Positions 49,622 through 62,545 of a stretch of DNA of 64,000 nt are shown here, piece after piece. The notes below the pieces were generated by a model. That model worked only from the letters and a program-made list of their open reading frames with translations, did no database searches and had not been told where the DNA came from. The DNA comes from an uncultured Actinomycetota bacterium (GTDB taxonomy: Bacteria; Actinomycetota; Actinomycetes; Propionibacteriales; Nocardioidaceae): NCBI GenBank assembly GCA_963715375.1, contig CAVQSC010000003.1, forward strand, positions 50,337 to 114,336. Reading direction: 5' to 3'. The translations under genes were made by a program, and so were the position numbers. Position 1 is the stretch's first letter. Each line of letters opens with the position of its first letter.

Positions 49622-52024
49622 GTGACGTTCCTTCGCGCCCGCACCGCGCTCGCGTCCCTGTCCGCTCTGACGGCTGCTGCCACGGTCGGTTTCGTGCCTG
49701 CCGCCGACGCGGCCACGCCGGCCGACCTGCCCGACTCGGCTCCGCCGGCGGCCCGGGCGGTCGAGCCCACCCTTCCCGCAGCGGACGGGTGGCCGTTCTC
49801 CGAGCGGTCCTTCCCGCGTACGTCGGGCACCGGACGGCTCCAGGGTGGCGCCTCCTACTGGACCGACTTCGTGTACGACGACCACGGCCCGAGCGCCCTC
49901 GCGGGCTTCAGCGCCCCCTACGCGACGAACCTCGCGCCGACCCAGGGCGTGTACACGTACCCGTCCGGACCTGCCCGGGGCAACGGAGCCGACATCTTCC
50001 GGACCGCCGTGGGACTCGACGCCGGGGCGTCGTACTGGAGGGTCGACTGGACGACCCTCGCCGACCCGACCGTGCCTCTGGCGGTGTGGACCTTCGACCG
50101 CGACGCGGACACCTCCACCGGGGTCGCGGACTGGCCCGCCGGAGCCGGGGTGAGCTCCCCCGGCATCGACACCGGCCTCGTGGTCTCGAGCAGGGGCGCT
50201 CGGCTCGTGGACCTCGCCACCGGACGGTCCCGTGACGTCGGGGATCTCGGCGGCTCACTGGACGTGGACCGCCAGGCACAGTCGTTCGTGGTCCGCGTCC
50301 CCCGCCGAGTCCTCTCGCCCGAGGGCCGGTGGACCGTGCGCGTGGCAGCCGGCCTCGCGGACGACACCGGGCGCGGTCTGGCGACACCGAGCACGGCCGA
50401 GGGCGCTCCCGCGCCGGGCCTGACCCGCCTGTACAACGTCGGCTTCCGCGGCATGAGACAGGAGCCGCCGGTCTACCGCGACGGGCAGACCGACGCCCTC
50501 GTCGCGGCGTTCCAGGAGCAGGCCGCCTCGACGCCACCGTTCGACCAGGTCGGCGTCGACGGGCTCGCCCGCTTCGTCACCGGCAACTTCTGGATGGAGG
50601 ACCACCAGGCCGACGCCCTGGCCACCGGTGACGTCTCGGCCTTCGCGGAGCAGGTCGACTGGAGCCGGCTGGCCGACCGCGCCACGACGAGGGAGCCGCG
50701 ACCGCGCGGGTACAGCAACCGCTGGTACGTCTCTCGCCTCGACCTCGGCGACGGTGTCCTCGTCGGCGGCGAGAACGGCAACGACCTGCGCCCCAACTTC
50801 CTCGGCCGGATCCAGCCCTACTCGGTCTACGTGCCGCGCGGCGTACCAGCCGACAGGCGCATGCCGCTGACCTGGGTGCTGCACTCGCTGGGCGTGAACC
50901 ACAACCAGTACGCCGCCCTCGACCCGGGGCTGCTGAAGCGCCTCTGCGAGGACCGCGACTCGGTCTGCGCAGGCACGCTCGGCCACGGCCCGGACAGCTG
51001 GTACCTCGACGAGGGCGAGGTCGACTTCTGGTCGGTGTGGCGAGAGGTCGCCGAGGCCTTCCCCCTCGACGAGGACCGCACGCAGCTCACGGGCTACTCG
51101 ATGGGTGGGTACGCCGCCTACAAGCTCGTCCTGCAGCACCCGGACCTCTACGCCGGCGCGGTCGCCCTTGCGGGGCCGCCTGCCTGTGGCAGCGGTGTCG
51201 ACCCGGAGCACGGGGCGCCCCTGTTCCGCCACGAGCGGTGCGAGAAGGACGGTGCCACGGGCGCGCTCGTCGGCAACGCCCTCCACGTCCCCTACCGGAT
51301 CGGGCAGGGCACCTTGGACCAGCTGGTGCCGTTCGTGGCCGTCGAGGACCAGGTCTCGCGCTTCGACACGCTCGGCCTGCGCCACCGCTTCGTGCGCTAC
51401 CCCGGCGAGGACCACATGGCCTTCGCCACCCAGGACCGGTTCGACACCGTCCTCGACGGGATGGGCCGACCGGCCCGCATCCGCAACCCCGAGCGCATCG
51501 GCTTCTCGTGGTTCCCGCACCTCGACCGGCCGGGTCTCGGTCTGCGAGCAACAGGCGCCTACTGGGTGACCGCCGTGAGGGCCGCCGACACCGGGCCCGG
51601 GTTGTTGGCCCACGTGCAGGCCCGGAGCCTCGCCCGACGGTCGCCCGGTCACCAGGCCGTGCGGTTCGGGCCCACGCCGGTGGCCGAGCCCCTGCCGGCG
51701 GTCGTCCAGGGGCTTCGCTGGAAGTCCGCGAGCAGGGGCGGCGAGACCCGCCGGCTCGTGACGCTCCGCCTCCGCAACGTCGCAGCCGTGACCGTCGACC
51801 TCGGCCGCGCGGGCCTGAGGTGCGGACGGGTGGGCGTCACGACCGACCGTCGGACGCGGGTGCGGCTGCTCCGTGCCGACGGGTCGGTCCGCACGGTCGA
51901 CGTACCGAAGGGCGAGCGGACCATCCGGATCTGCGACACCGAGCCCGAGCCCGACGTGGCCTGTGCCTGCCTGGCCGTGACCCCGAAGCCGCGACTTCCC
52001 TACGCAGACCGTCACGTCCCGTAG
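49622..52024 (+). CDS. Secreted multidomain alpha/beta hydrolase (S9/esterase-like)
   Basis: Signal peptide ending ADA-A; GYSMG nucleophile elbow; candidate Asp (LDQLVP) and His (GEDHM). Confidence 0.8.
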   Translation: MTFLRARTALASLSALTAAATVGFVPAADAATPADLPDSAPPAARAVEPTLPAADGWPFSERSFPRTSGTGRLQGGASYWTDFVYDDHGPSALAGFSAPYATNLAPTQGVYTYPSGPARGNGADIFRTAVGLDAGASYWRVDWTTLADPTVPLAVWTFDRDADTSTGVADWPAGAGVSSPGIDTGLVVSSRGARLVDLATGRSRDVGDLGGSLDVDRQAQSFVVRVPRRVLSPEGRWTVRVAAGLADDTGRGLATPSTAEGAPAPGLTRLYNVGFRGMRQEPPVYRDGQTDALVAAFQEQAASTPPFDQVGVDGLARFVTGNFWMEDHQADALATGDVSAFAEQVDWSRLADRATTREPRPRGYSNRWYVSRLDLGDGVLVGGENGNDLRPNFLGRIQPYSVYVPRGVPADRRMPLTWVLHSLGVNHNQYAALDPGLLKRLCEDRDSVCAGTLGHGPDSWYLDEGEVDFWSVWREVAEAFPLDEDRTQLTGYSMGGYAAYKLVLQHPDLYAGAVALAGPPACGSGVDPEHGAPLFRHERCEKDGATGALVGNALHVPYRIGQGTLDQLVPFVAVEDQVSRFDTLGLRHRFVRYPGEDHMAFATQDRFDTVLDGMGRPARIRNPERIGFSWFPHLDRPGLGLRATGAYWVTAVRAADTGPGLLAHVQARSLARRSPGHQAVRFGPTPVAEPLPAVVQGLRWKSASRGGETRRLVTLRLRNVAAVTVDLGRAGLRCGRVGVTTDRRTRVRLLRADGSVRTVDVPKGERTIRICDTEPEPDVACACLAVTPKPRLPYADRHVP

Positions 52025-52073
52025 TGAATTCCCTGCGGGAAGTGACGCTTCCCCAAGGGACCTTGGGAAAGCG
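52010..52073. repeat. Two abutting near-perfect palindromes (REP-like or bidirectional terminator)
   Basis: 52010-52047 has 16/19 arm matches and 52046-52073 has 12/13; lies between convergent genes. Confidence 0.6.
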
Positions 52074-52080
52074 CCGACCC

Positions 52081-53955
<1,875 letters not shown>

Positions 53956-54080
53956 GAACTTCTTCCGGTGGTCTGTGCGTACGGCGGAGCCGCCATTGTT
54001 TCATGCGTCCAAGGGCCGTCCGGGACACGCAGGACAAATACGTCGCCGACCCGGCCGGGCGACGTACAGAATTGGGCCGC

Positions 54081-55040
54081 ATGAGCCCGATCTCGACCAG
54101 CTCGTCCGCCCGCGGCGGCGCGTTCCCTCACGGGAGGACCGCCCGCCGTCTGGAGTGGACGCTCCTGCCACCGATGCTCCGGTCGATGATCGAGCAGCGG
54201 CTGGGCTCGCCTGTCGTCTCCGCGGAGACCGCCGGCGCCGGGTACACCCCCGGCTTCGCCTCCGTGCTCACGTGCGCTGATGGCAGTCACCACTTCGTGA
54301 AAGCCGCCAGCAAGAAGGCGCAGCGGCTGTTCGCCGACTCCTACCGGGAGGAGGTCCAGAAGCTGCGCGCCCTCCCCGCGGGCCTCCCCGTTCCGCGGCT
54401 GGTCTGGGCCCACGAGGACGACCTGTGGGTGGTCCTCGAGCTGGAGTACGTCGACGGCGGCAACCCGGCACGGCCCTGGAGACCAGCCGACCTCGCCGCC
54501 TGCCTCGACTCGCTGGAGGTGCTCGCGGAGAGGCTCACTCCCCCGCCGCTGAAGCTCGGTACGTTCGCCGACGAGTTCGCGGACTGCCTGGGCGGCTGGG
54601 ACCACGTGCGCCGAGTCAACCCGGGGCTCCCTCACCTGGAGGACGCCGCCGCCCTGGCCGCCGGGTTCCGCGAGGCCACGGCCGGCGACACCCTCGTCCA
54701 CACCGACGCCCGCGACGACAACTTCCTGCTCCGTGACGGCAGTGCGCTCCTGTGCGACTGGAACTGGCCGGTCATCGGAGCCGCCTGGATCGACACCGTG
54801 CTCCTGCTCGTCTCCGCGCACGGCGACGGTCTGGACGCCGACGCGATCCTCGCCGACCGGGCGCTCACCCGCGACGTCGAGCCGGAGCACATCGACGTCC
54901 TCCTCGCGCTCGTCGCAGGCTTCTTCCTCGAGCACCGCGACGCTCCCGTGCCGAACTCCTCGCCCTACCTCCGTGTCCACCAGTCCTGGTACGCCGAGGC
55001 GACCTGGTCCTGGCTCTCGAGCCGGCGGGGCTGGTCGTGA
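54081..55040 (+). CDS. Phosphotransferase (APH/choline kinase fold)
   Basis: GYTPGFA, FVKA, HTDARDDN, CDWNW. Confidence 0.85.
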   Translation: MSPISTSSSARGGAFPHGRTARRLEWTLLPPMLRSMIEQRLGSPVVSAETAGAGYTPGFASVLTCADGSHHFVKAASKKAQRLFADSYREEVQKLRALPAGLPVPRLVWAHEDDLWVVLELEYVDGGNPARPWRPADLAACLDSLEVLAERLTPPPLKLGTFADEFADCLGGWDHVRRVNPGLPHLEDAAALAAGFREATAGDTLVHTDARDDNFLLRDGSALLCDWNWPVIGAAWIDTVLLLVSAHGDGLDADAILADRALTRDVEPEHIDVLLALVAGFFLEHRDAPVPNSSPYLRVHQSWYAEATWSWLSSRRGWS

Positions 55041-56020
55041 CCGGGTCCGCTCCCCGTGCAGTCGGCGTGCGGACGCGCTACGACGCGATCCCGGAGCGCG
55101 TGAGGACCTGGGTCGACACCACGCTCGGCTCCCCCGTCGTGGGCATCGAGGAGCAGGTCGGCGGCATGTCGCCGGGCTGCGCGACCAGGGTGGTCACCGA
55201 GGCGGGCACTCGCGCCTTCGTGAAGGCAGTCGGGCCCGAGCTGAACCCGCTGACCCCGGACATGTTCCGCAACGAGGCCAGGGTCCTCGCCCGCCTCCAC
55301 GACCATCCATTGTGGGCAGGCCTTCTGGCGTCCTACGACGAGCCCGGCGACTGGGTGGCGCTGCTTCTGGAGGACGTCCCAGGACGGCACGCCGACACCA
55401 CCTCTCCCGACGACGTGGCGAGCGTGCTCGGAGCGGCTGCGATGCTCTGCGACGAGCTCGCCGGTCTCGGCGCGGACCTCGACCTCGCCACCTGCCGCGA
55501 CAGTCTGCTGCGGTTCGGACAGGTGTGGGACGAGGTGCCGGGCCTGCCCTCCGGCGTACTCCCCACCTGGGTGGGCGAGCATCTCGAGGACCTGCGGAAG
55601 TCGTACGACGGCCTGCTCCAGCAGGCGGACGGAGACCACCTCGTGCACGGCGACCTGCGCAACGACAACATCCTCGTGCGGACCGGTGACCGGGCCGGGT
55701 CCGTCGTGTTCGTCGACTGGGGCATGTCCCGCACCGGCCCCGCCTGGTACGACCCTCTCCTGTTGTGCCTGGAGTGGGTCGAGGACCCGGTCTTCGACGA
55801 GCTCCTGCACACGTTCCCCGCGCTTCGCGGGCTCGGCGAGGAGAACGTCACGGCGTACCTGGCCACGCTCGGAAGCTGGCTCGCCTACCGCAACACCGTC
55901 GCCGAGGACATCGGCCTGCCCACGCTCAGCGACTTCCGCCGGCGCGAGTCCGCCCGGCTCCTCGAAGGGGCTCGCCGGCGCATCGGGCTCCCGCCCGACC
56001 AGCCCTCGCGCTCGATTTGA
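55037..56020 (+). CDS. Phosphotransferase (APH fold), paralogue of the upstream gene
   Basis: [22 protein letters not shown]; GTGA overlap with the upstream stop. Confidence 0.85.
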   Translation: MTGSAPRAVGVRTRYDAIPERVRTWVDTTLGSPVVGIEEQVGGMSPGCATRVVTEAGTRAFVKAVGPELNPLTPDMFRNEARVLARLHDHPLWAGLLASYDEPGDWVALLLEDVPGRHADTTSPDDVASVLGAAAMLCDELAGLGADLDLATCRDSLLRFGQVWDEVPGLPSGVLPTWVGEHLEDLRKSYDGLLQQADGDHLVHGDLRNDNILVRTGDRAGSVVFVDWGMSRTGPAWYDPLLLCLEWVEDPVFDELLHTFPALRGLGEENVTAYLATLGSWLAYRNTVAEDIGLPTLSDFRRRESARLLEGARRRIGLPPDQPSRSI

Positions 56021-56046
56021 GGGCCTCGCACGCCCGCTGGTATCGT
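56017..56046 (+). promoter_or_regulatory. Putative sigmaA promoter of rpsT (TTGAGG-N18-TATCGT, extended TG)
   Basis: Motifs visible 80 nt upstream of rpsT. Confidence 0.5.
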
Positions 56047-56126
56047 TGCCCTTCGCGTGTCTGGCCAGAGATGGCCGACCGCACACCAGACCAAACCCCA
56101 GATCAGACCAGACGAGGCGCACCGTA

Positions 56127-56387
56127 GTGGCGAACATCAAGTCCCAGATCAAGCGCAACCGGCAGAACGAGGCCGCGCACGAGCGCAACAAGGCCGTCAA
56201 GTCCGCGCTGAAGTCGGCGATCCGCAAGTTCCGCGAGGCCGCCGCGGCTGGTGACGTCGAAAAGGCGCAGGAGCTGGCGAAGACCGCCAACAAGAAGCTC
56301 GACAAGGCTGCGTCCAAGGGCGTCATCCACAAGAACCAGGCCGCCAACAAGAAGTCGGCCATCTCCAAGAAGGCCGCCTCTCTCTGA
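56127..56387 (+). CDS. rpsT: 30S ribosomal protein S20
   Basis: (V)[10 protein letters not shown]...[19 protein letters not shown], 86 aa. Confidence 0.98.
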   Translation: MANIKSQIKRNRQNEAAHERNKAVKSALKSAIRKFREAAAAGDVEKAQELAKTANKKLDKAASKGVIHKNQAANKKSAISKKAASL

Positions 56388-56403
56388 GGTAGTCCCGCCA
56401 ATC

Positions 56404-56436
56404 AGGCGCCTCCCGCTTTCGGGACGGCGCCTTTTT
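56404..56436 (+). terminator. Rho-independent terminator after rpsT
   Basis: AGGCGCCTCCCG-loop-CGGGACGGCGCCT followed by a T-run. Confidence 0.85.
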
Positions 56437-56532
56437 GCGTGCCCTCTCGGTCCGGCTCCGGAAGGGTCAGGCCCGGCTTGAGTCCGCCCTTGCCGCGCCG
56501 CGGGTGGCGGGCGTCGGGTGGCGGGCAGCGGC

Positions 56533-57513
56533 TCAGCGAGAGCGCGCGGAGGTCACCGTGATGACCATCCGTTCGAGCGCATAGGAGGCGTCGCTGGCGG
56601 CGCCCTTGACGTCCGCATCAGCCTGGGCCACCGCCTGGATGGCCTTGACGAGGCCGGCATCCTCCCAGCCGCGGGACTGGTCGCGCAGGGTCCGCAGCTT
56701 CCACGGCGGCACGCCTACCTCCCTGGCCAGGTCTCCCTCGCGCAGGCCGCGCGGAGCGCTCTTGTACTTCGCGAGGCCACGAAGGCCGCTCGCGAAGGCG
56801 CTTGTCACGAGAACGGGCGCCGTGCCGTTGTCGAGGGCCCAGCGCAGCTCCTCCAGGGCCTGCGCCGTCCGGCCGTAGATCGCCGCGTCAGCCACGGCGA
56901 AGCCCTTCACCTCCGCACGGCCGCCGAAGTACCGCTTCACCACCTCCGCTGTGAGCGGCTGGCCGGCGAAGTCGTTCGCGAGCTGGTGGCAGGCACCCGC
57001 GAGCGCGCGCAGGTCGTGTCCCACCGACTGCACCAGGATCTCGGCGGCGTCCTCGGCGATCCTCGCCCCATGGGACCTGGCCTCCGCGGCCACCCAGCGG
57101 GAGTACTCGCTGGGCTTGAGCGCGGCCGACTTCACCTCCGTGACCGGGCCGAGCTTGCGCAGCTTGGCGAGCAGCCCCGAGCCCTTCTGGCCACCCGAGT
57201 GCACGAGCACCAGGCCCACGTCCTCGGCGGGCGAGGCGGCGTACTCGAGCAGCCCGTCGTACGTCTCGTCGGGCAGGTCCTCGACCCCGCGTACGACGAC
57301 GCAGCGGATGGTCGAGAACAGCGACGGCGCGGCGAGATCCGCCAGAGCACCCATGCTGACCTGGTCCCCTGTGGTCTCGCTCACCTCCGACTCGTCGTCG
57401 GCGTGGCGGACGGCCTGGAGCGCTGCGGTGACCGCACGCTCGTTGAGGAGCTCTTCCGGCCCGGTCACTAGAGTGACGTGGCCGAGCACGTCTGATGCCT
57501 TGGGTGTCGCCAT
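56533..57513 (-). CDS. holA: DNA polymerase III delta subunit
   Basis: GPEELL-ERA, APSLFS, HSGGQKG, DLRALAGAC-QL, GVPPWK, DADVKG; next to rpsT. Confidence 0.95.
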   Translation of the reverse strand: MATPKASDVLGHVTLVTGPEELLNERAVTAALQAVRHADDESEVSETTGDQVSMGALADLAAPSLFSTIRCVVVRGVEDLPDETYDGLLEYAASPAEDVGLVLVHSGGQKGSGLLAKLRKLGPVTEVKSAALKPSEYSRWVAAEARSHGARIAEDAAEILVQSVGHDLRALAGACHQLANDFAGQPLTAEVVKRYFGGRAEVKGFAVADAAIYGRTAQALEELRWALDNGTAPVLVTSAFASGLRGLAKYKSAPRGLREGDLAREVGVPPWKLRTLRDQSRGWEDAGLVKAIQAVAQADADVKGAASDASYALERMVITVTSARSR

Positions 57514-57639
57514 GGTGGAGCCAGCCTGCCACACGGCACTGACACTCCCGACGCGTACTCGGCCCTGTGCTGGGTACGACCTGGACGGCCCGTATCAGCC
57601 TTGTGCCCGGAGCTACTGCATCCGCATGGAAGGAGACCG

Positions 57640-59161
57640 ATGACCCCGGACCTGATTGCAGGTCGATACTGTGTCGTACGAGCGGTCGGACGCGGAGGCA
57701 TGGGTACGGTCTGGCTCTGCCGGGACGAGGTGCTCGGCCGCGAGGTGGCCGTCAAGCAGGTCGGCGCGCTCCCCGGTGAGTCCTCGCCGGACAGGGCGCG
57801 CGCGCTGCGTGAGGCCAGGTCTTCGGCGGCGCTGAACCACCGCAACGTGGTCTCGGTCTTCGACATCGTCGACTCTCAGGACGGCAACGCCTGGCTGGTG
57901 ATGGAGTACGTCCCTTCACGGACCCTCGCGGAGATCGTGCGCGACGACGGCCCGCTGCGCCCCCGGCGAGCCGCCTGGATCGCAGCCCAGGTCGCCAACG
58001 GCCTCGCCGCCGCCCACGCAGCGGGGACGATCCACCGCGACGTCAAGCCGGGCAACATCCTGGTCGGCCAGGACGACGTCGCGAAGATCGGCGACTTCGG
58101 CATCGCTCGTGGGGCGAACGACGAGCAGCTGACCCGCACGGGGCTCGTGACAGGAACCCCGTCGTACTTCTCCCCCGAGGTCGCCCGCGGAGATGACCCC
58201 GGGCCCGAGTCGGACGTGTACGCCCTCGGAGCGACCCTCTACACCGCCCTCGAAGGTCACCCGCCCTACCCGGAGCAGCGCAACCCCATCGCACTGCTCC
58301 AGAAGATCGCCGCGGAGGAGCCCCTCCCGGCGACGCACGCGGGACCCCTGGCCGGGCCCGATCGCGCGGATGATGGACCGCGACCCGCGTTCCCGATGGA
58401 CGATGGCCGACGCCGCGCAGATCCTGCGCCGAGTCGCCGAGCACGGCGACGCCGGCGACCAGGAGACCGCCGTGCTCGGTGCTTCCCGGGCACGGCCGGG
58501 CGCGACCGCCCCGGTGGCCCCGGCGCCTGTGGCGAGCCGACCCGCGACCGGGCGGCCGAGCACCGCAGGCTCCCGTCCGCCGCAGGTTGGGCAGGACGAA
58601 CGCCGCCGACGGGTGCTGCCCTGGCTGGCCGCTGCCGCGGTACTGCTCCTGGTGGTCCTCGGCGCCGGCTTCATGATGCTCAGCGGCGACCCGGACGACG
58701 AGACCCCCTCGGCGTCCGGCTCCGAGACAGGCTCCGCCTCACCGTCGCCGAAGCGGACGCCTAGCCCCTCGCCGTCCCCGTCGGAGACCCCGACGACCAA
58801 GGCCCCGAAGCCGAAGCCGAAGCCGCCCGCTCCCGCCGAGGACAGCGGGACGGCCATGGAGCGGGCGGTCCAGGAGTACTTCTCGTTCATGCCCCAGAAC
58901 ACCGACGCCGGCTGGGAGCGGCTCGCGCCGAGCATGCAGGCCCAGGGCCGCGACGGCTACGAGCAGTGGTGGGGCTCGGTGCAGTCGGTCGACCTGCAGA
59001 GCGCTGACGCCGTCGACGGCCGGCAGGTCGACATCGTGCTCACCTACTACTTCGACGACGGCAGCGCCAAGCAGGAGACCCAGCGGCTCTCGATGCAGCG
59101 CTCCGGCGACCGCTACCTCATCGCCGACGACGAGGTGCTCAGCTCGCGCACCGTGAGCTGA
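57640..59161 (+). CDS. Hanks-type Ser/Thr kinase with TM and extracellular domain, apparent frameshift ~58358
   Basis: GRGGMGTV, VAVK, HRDVKPGN, DFG, GTPSYFSPE; MMDRDPRSRW, TM and Pro-rich linker continue in another frame. AGGAG SD. Confidence 0.88.
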
Positions 59162-61452
59162 CCCTCGTGGACCACGACCGCGACGTCGCCTGACTCGTCG
59201 GTCCGGCGCACGAGCGCGCCGGTTCCCTCCAGGAGGTCGAGTGTCTCCGCCGACGGGTGGCCGTAGGTGTTGTCCCTGCCGACCGAGATCACGGCGACGC
59301 GGGCTCCTAGCGAGGTGAGGAAGTCCGGGTCCTGGTACCGGCTGCCGTGGTGCGGCACCTTCAGCACGTCCACCCTCAACGTCGGGAAGGCCCGGTGCAT
59401 CGCCTCTTGCGCCTCGGGCTCCATGTCTCCGCTGAGCAGCATCCGGATGCCCTGCGTCTGGACGAGCAGCGCGACGCTGGCGTTGTTCGCCGCCGATCCC
59501 TCGCTCTCGACCTCACCGGTCGCGAACCGGCCCGAGGGGCCGACCACCTGCCACGTGAGCGGGCCGATCCGGCGTACCTCTCCGTAGGCGGGCGTCCGGA
59601 CCGGGACCCCTGCGGCCCGTCGCCCACGAGGTCACCGCGTCGGCGTTGTCGGGCGGGTCTGCGAACGAGGTGACCAGGACCTCGCTCGGAGGCCGCTCTG
59701 CGAGTACGGCGGGGAGACCTGCCACGTGGTCGTCGTGGAAGTGGGTGAGTACGACGACGGCCAGACGCGTCACCTCGAGACGGTCCAGGCAGCGGTCCAT
59801 CGCCTCCGGGTCGGGGCCGACGTCGACCACGACGGCAAGGCCGGAGCCCGCGTTGAGGACGAGGCCGTCTCCCTGGCCGACGTCGCAGGCCACGAGCACC
59901 CAGCCCTGAGGTGGCCAGCCGGGAGTCGGCAGCGGCCGTACGACGACCAGCGTCATCAGCAAGGTGACCGGGACCGTCCAGCGGCGGTGTCCGAGCAGCC
60001 CCGGCATCAACCAGGCCACACCGACGCAGAGCAGGCTGAGCGCCGCGACGGAGGCCGCTGTCGACGACCACCCGACCGCTGCCGTAGGCAGATCGGCGCT
60101 GTGTGCGGCCACCGTCGTGATCCACCAGGCGCACCAGCCGGCGCACCGGCCGAGGAGCACGCCGAGAGGCTCGACGACCAGGACCACGAGGCCACCGGTG
60201 AGGCCGAGCACGGTGGCCGGCCCTACGACGGGCGCGACCGCCATGTTCGCCGCGACAGCCACGAGACTGACCTGGCCGGAGATCGCGGCGACCACGGGCG
60301 TACAGGCCAGCTGGGCCGCCAGCGGCACCGCAACCGCCTCCGCCAGCCACCGAGGCATCCAGGTCGCCAGCGCGTCCCGCCACGGCGGCGCGAGGAACAG
60401 GATGCCGGCGGTCGCGAGCGCGGACAGCACGAAGCCGAGGGAGAGAGCCAGCCAGGGGTCGAACAGCAGGAGGACGAGCACGGCGACGCCGAGAGCGCGC
60501 ACACCTCGTTCCCGCCCGTTGCTGCCCATTCCGATCAGGGCGACCGAACCCATCGCGGCCGCCCGGACCACGCTCGGCTCGGTGCGCGCGAGCAGCACGA
60601 ACCCCGCGACCCCCAGCACCCCGACGACGACCAGGCCGCGCGCTCGCACCCCTGCCCACCGGGCGACGACGAGCAGGAACCCGACGACCAGGGTCAGGTT
60701 GGTCCCCGACACCGCGAGCAGATGCGTGAGCCCCGAGGCCTGGAAGTCCGATACGAGCTCGGCGGGCATGCCCCGGTCGTCGCCTGCCACGAGCGCCGGG
60801 ACGAGCGTCCGCTCCCCGGGCCCGCACCGGAGACTGCCCGTCTGATTCCCGACCGCACGGCCGCAGCGCCGTCGAACACCCTCGTCGGTGGCCGCACCAC
60901 GACCGGGGCCCGGTTCGACGAGATCACTGCCGCCAGGTCGTCGCCGTCAGACGGTGCAGCCCGCCCCTCGACGCGGACGACCGACCCGAGCTCGACGTCG
61001 AGCCAGCGGTCGTCCGCGATCACCAGCAGCGGCACATGTCCACGGGACGTCGTGCCGCGACCGGTCACCTCGAGCGTCGTCGCCCTGGTCAGCGTGAACG
61101 GCTCGTACTTGCCTTGCTTCAGAAGCGGGTCCGAGGTCACGCGAACCAGGACGCTGACGAACGCACGCTCGCGCGCGAGCTCGGCCAGCGGGCTGTGTGC
61201 GACCCCCTCGACCCGGAGCATCGCCGAGCCGGCCACGGCGGCGGCAGCGATGAGCCATGCCAGGCCGACGACGACCGGTGTCCCGCGTCGCCAACGGGCG
61301 GCCAGCACCAGACCGGCGGCGGCCACGGCAGCCAGCACCCCCCAGCGCGGGAGCATGAACCCACCGAGCCCGCCTGCCCACGCCATGAGGGCCAACATCA
61401 CCGCGCGAAGGTCCGGCGGCGCATCAGGACGCGCGGCCGCCTCCGGCTTCAC
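59113..61452 (-). CDS. comEC: Competence protein ComEC/Rec2, apparent frameshifts (~60815, ~59610)
   Basis: HLLAVSGTN, EPSVVRAAAMG, DVGQGDG, THFHDDH, NNASV, SGD, KVPHHGS, N-YGHP spread over three frames. Confidence 0.9.
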
Positions 61453-62439
61453 AGGGTGACGAACGGAGCCATCTCGGCGAGCGTCGCGTCACCGATCCCG
61501 GACACCTCCAACAGCTCGTCGACCGCAGAGAACGGCCCGTTGTCGGTACGCCACTGCAGAATCGCGGCAGCGGTCACCGGCCCGACCCCCGGCAGCTCTT
61601 CCAGCTCAGCCTGGGTCGCGGAGTTGATGTTCACCATCGGCCCCGCGCTTCCCCCGGATGCACTCTGGGCCCGAGGCGGCAGGCGCCGCGACACCTTCCG
61701 GCGGCGGAACACCCACGACGATCTGCTCGCCGTCGACCAACAGACGCGCAAGGTTGAGCATGCCGAGGTCCACTCCGGGTCGCGCACCGCCGGCCGCCTC
61801 GAGCGCGTCCACCACCCGCGACCCCACGGGCAAGGTCGCGATCCCAGGCCGTCGTACCTTCCCGGAGACGTCCACGACGAGTACCGCCGCATCGGTGGGC
61901 GATGTGGCAGCCGCCGGGTCGGCCACCGCCGTGACCAGCGACGCCGGCTCCGACGCGCCGGGGCTCTCCGAGGCCTGTGACCAGGCTGCCGACGGGGCCA
62001 CCGTCGCACCGCCGTCGGCGCGGACCACCCACCACGCCGTCACCGCGAAGGCGGCCGCCACCAGGATCGCGACCACGCTGAGATGGCCGGAGTCCAGACG
62101 AACCCGCCCCTGCAGGGTCGGCGGGAGCCGCTCGTGCACCCACGCGCCCACCCGGTCGGCCGCGCCCACAGGACGTCGAGCGTGCCGTCCTCGCCTCGCG
62201 GCCGCGTCCCAGGCGGTCGGCAGGTCGATCCGCGGGTCCGGCGACGTCGTCGGCGCGCTCCTCGGCTCCCCCGCCACCGGCTCGGTGGGTGCCGCATCCT
62301 CGATCGACCCCGTCTCCCGGGCGACCTCCGGGTCCGGGGTCAAGGCGCTGCGGATCCCGGCGAGCTCGACGCTCAGCATCTCGAGGCGGCGACGGGCGAT
62401 GGCGGCCATCTCGTCCTGGGCCGTTCGGCGTGAGCGCAT
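61449..62439 (-). CDS. comEA: Competence DNA-binding protein ComEA (SLBB + HhH), apparent frameshift ~61665
   Basis: VVDVSGKVRRPG...NLARLLVDGEQI, then VNINSAT-AELEELPGVGPVTA in a second frame. Confidence 0.9.
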
Positions 62440-62490
62440 GGACCGAAACTAGGAAGGCCCACGCCCGTCAGGAAGGTCGAGACTGCGATC

Positions 62491-62499
62491 TGTGGACAA
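62491..62499 (-). promoter_or_regulatory. Actinomycete DnaA-box consensus TTGTCCACA upstream of comEA
   Basis: Plus strand TGTGGACAA; a partial second copy TGTGGA begins at 62518. Confidence 0.45.
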
Positions 62500-62545
62500 C
62501 GAGGACCCGCCCGGACCTGTGGAAGGTGGCGGCCTCAGGCGCGGG

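Noticed and set aside
61600-61700. Programmed ribosomal frameshift in comEA
   Set aside because: No slippery heptamer seen, and similar indels occur in many unrelated genes.
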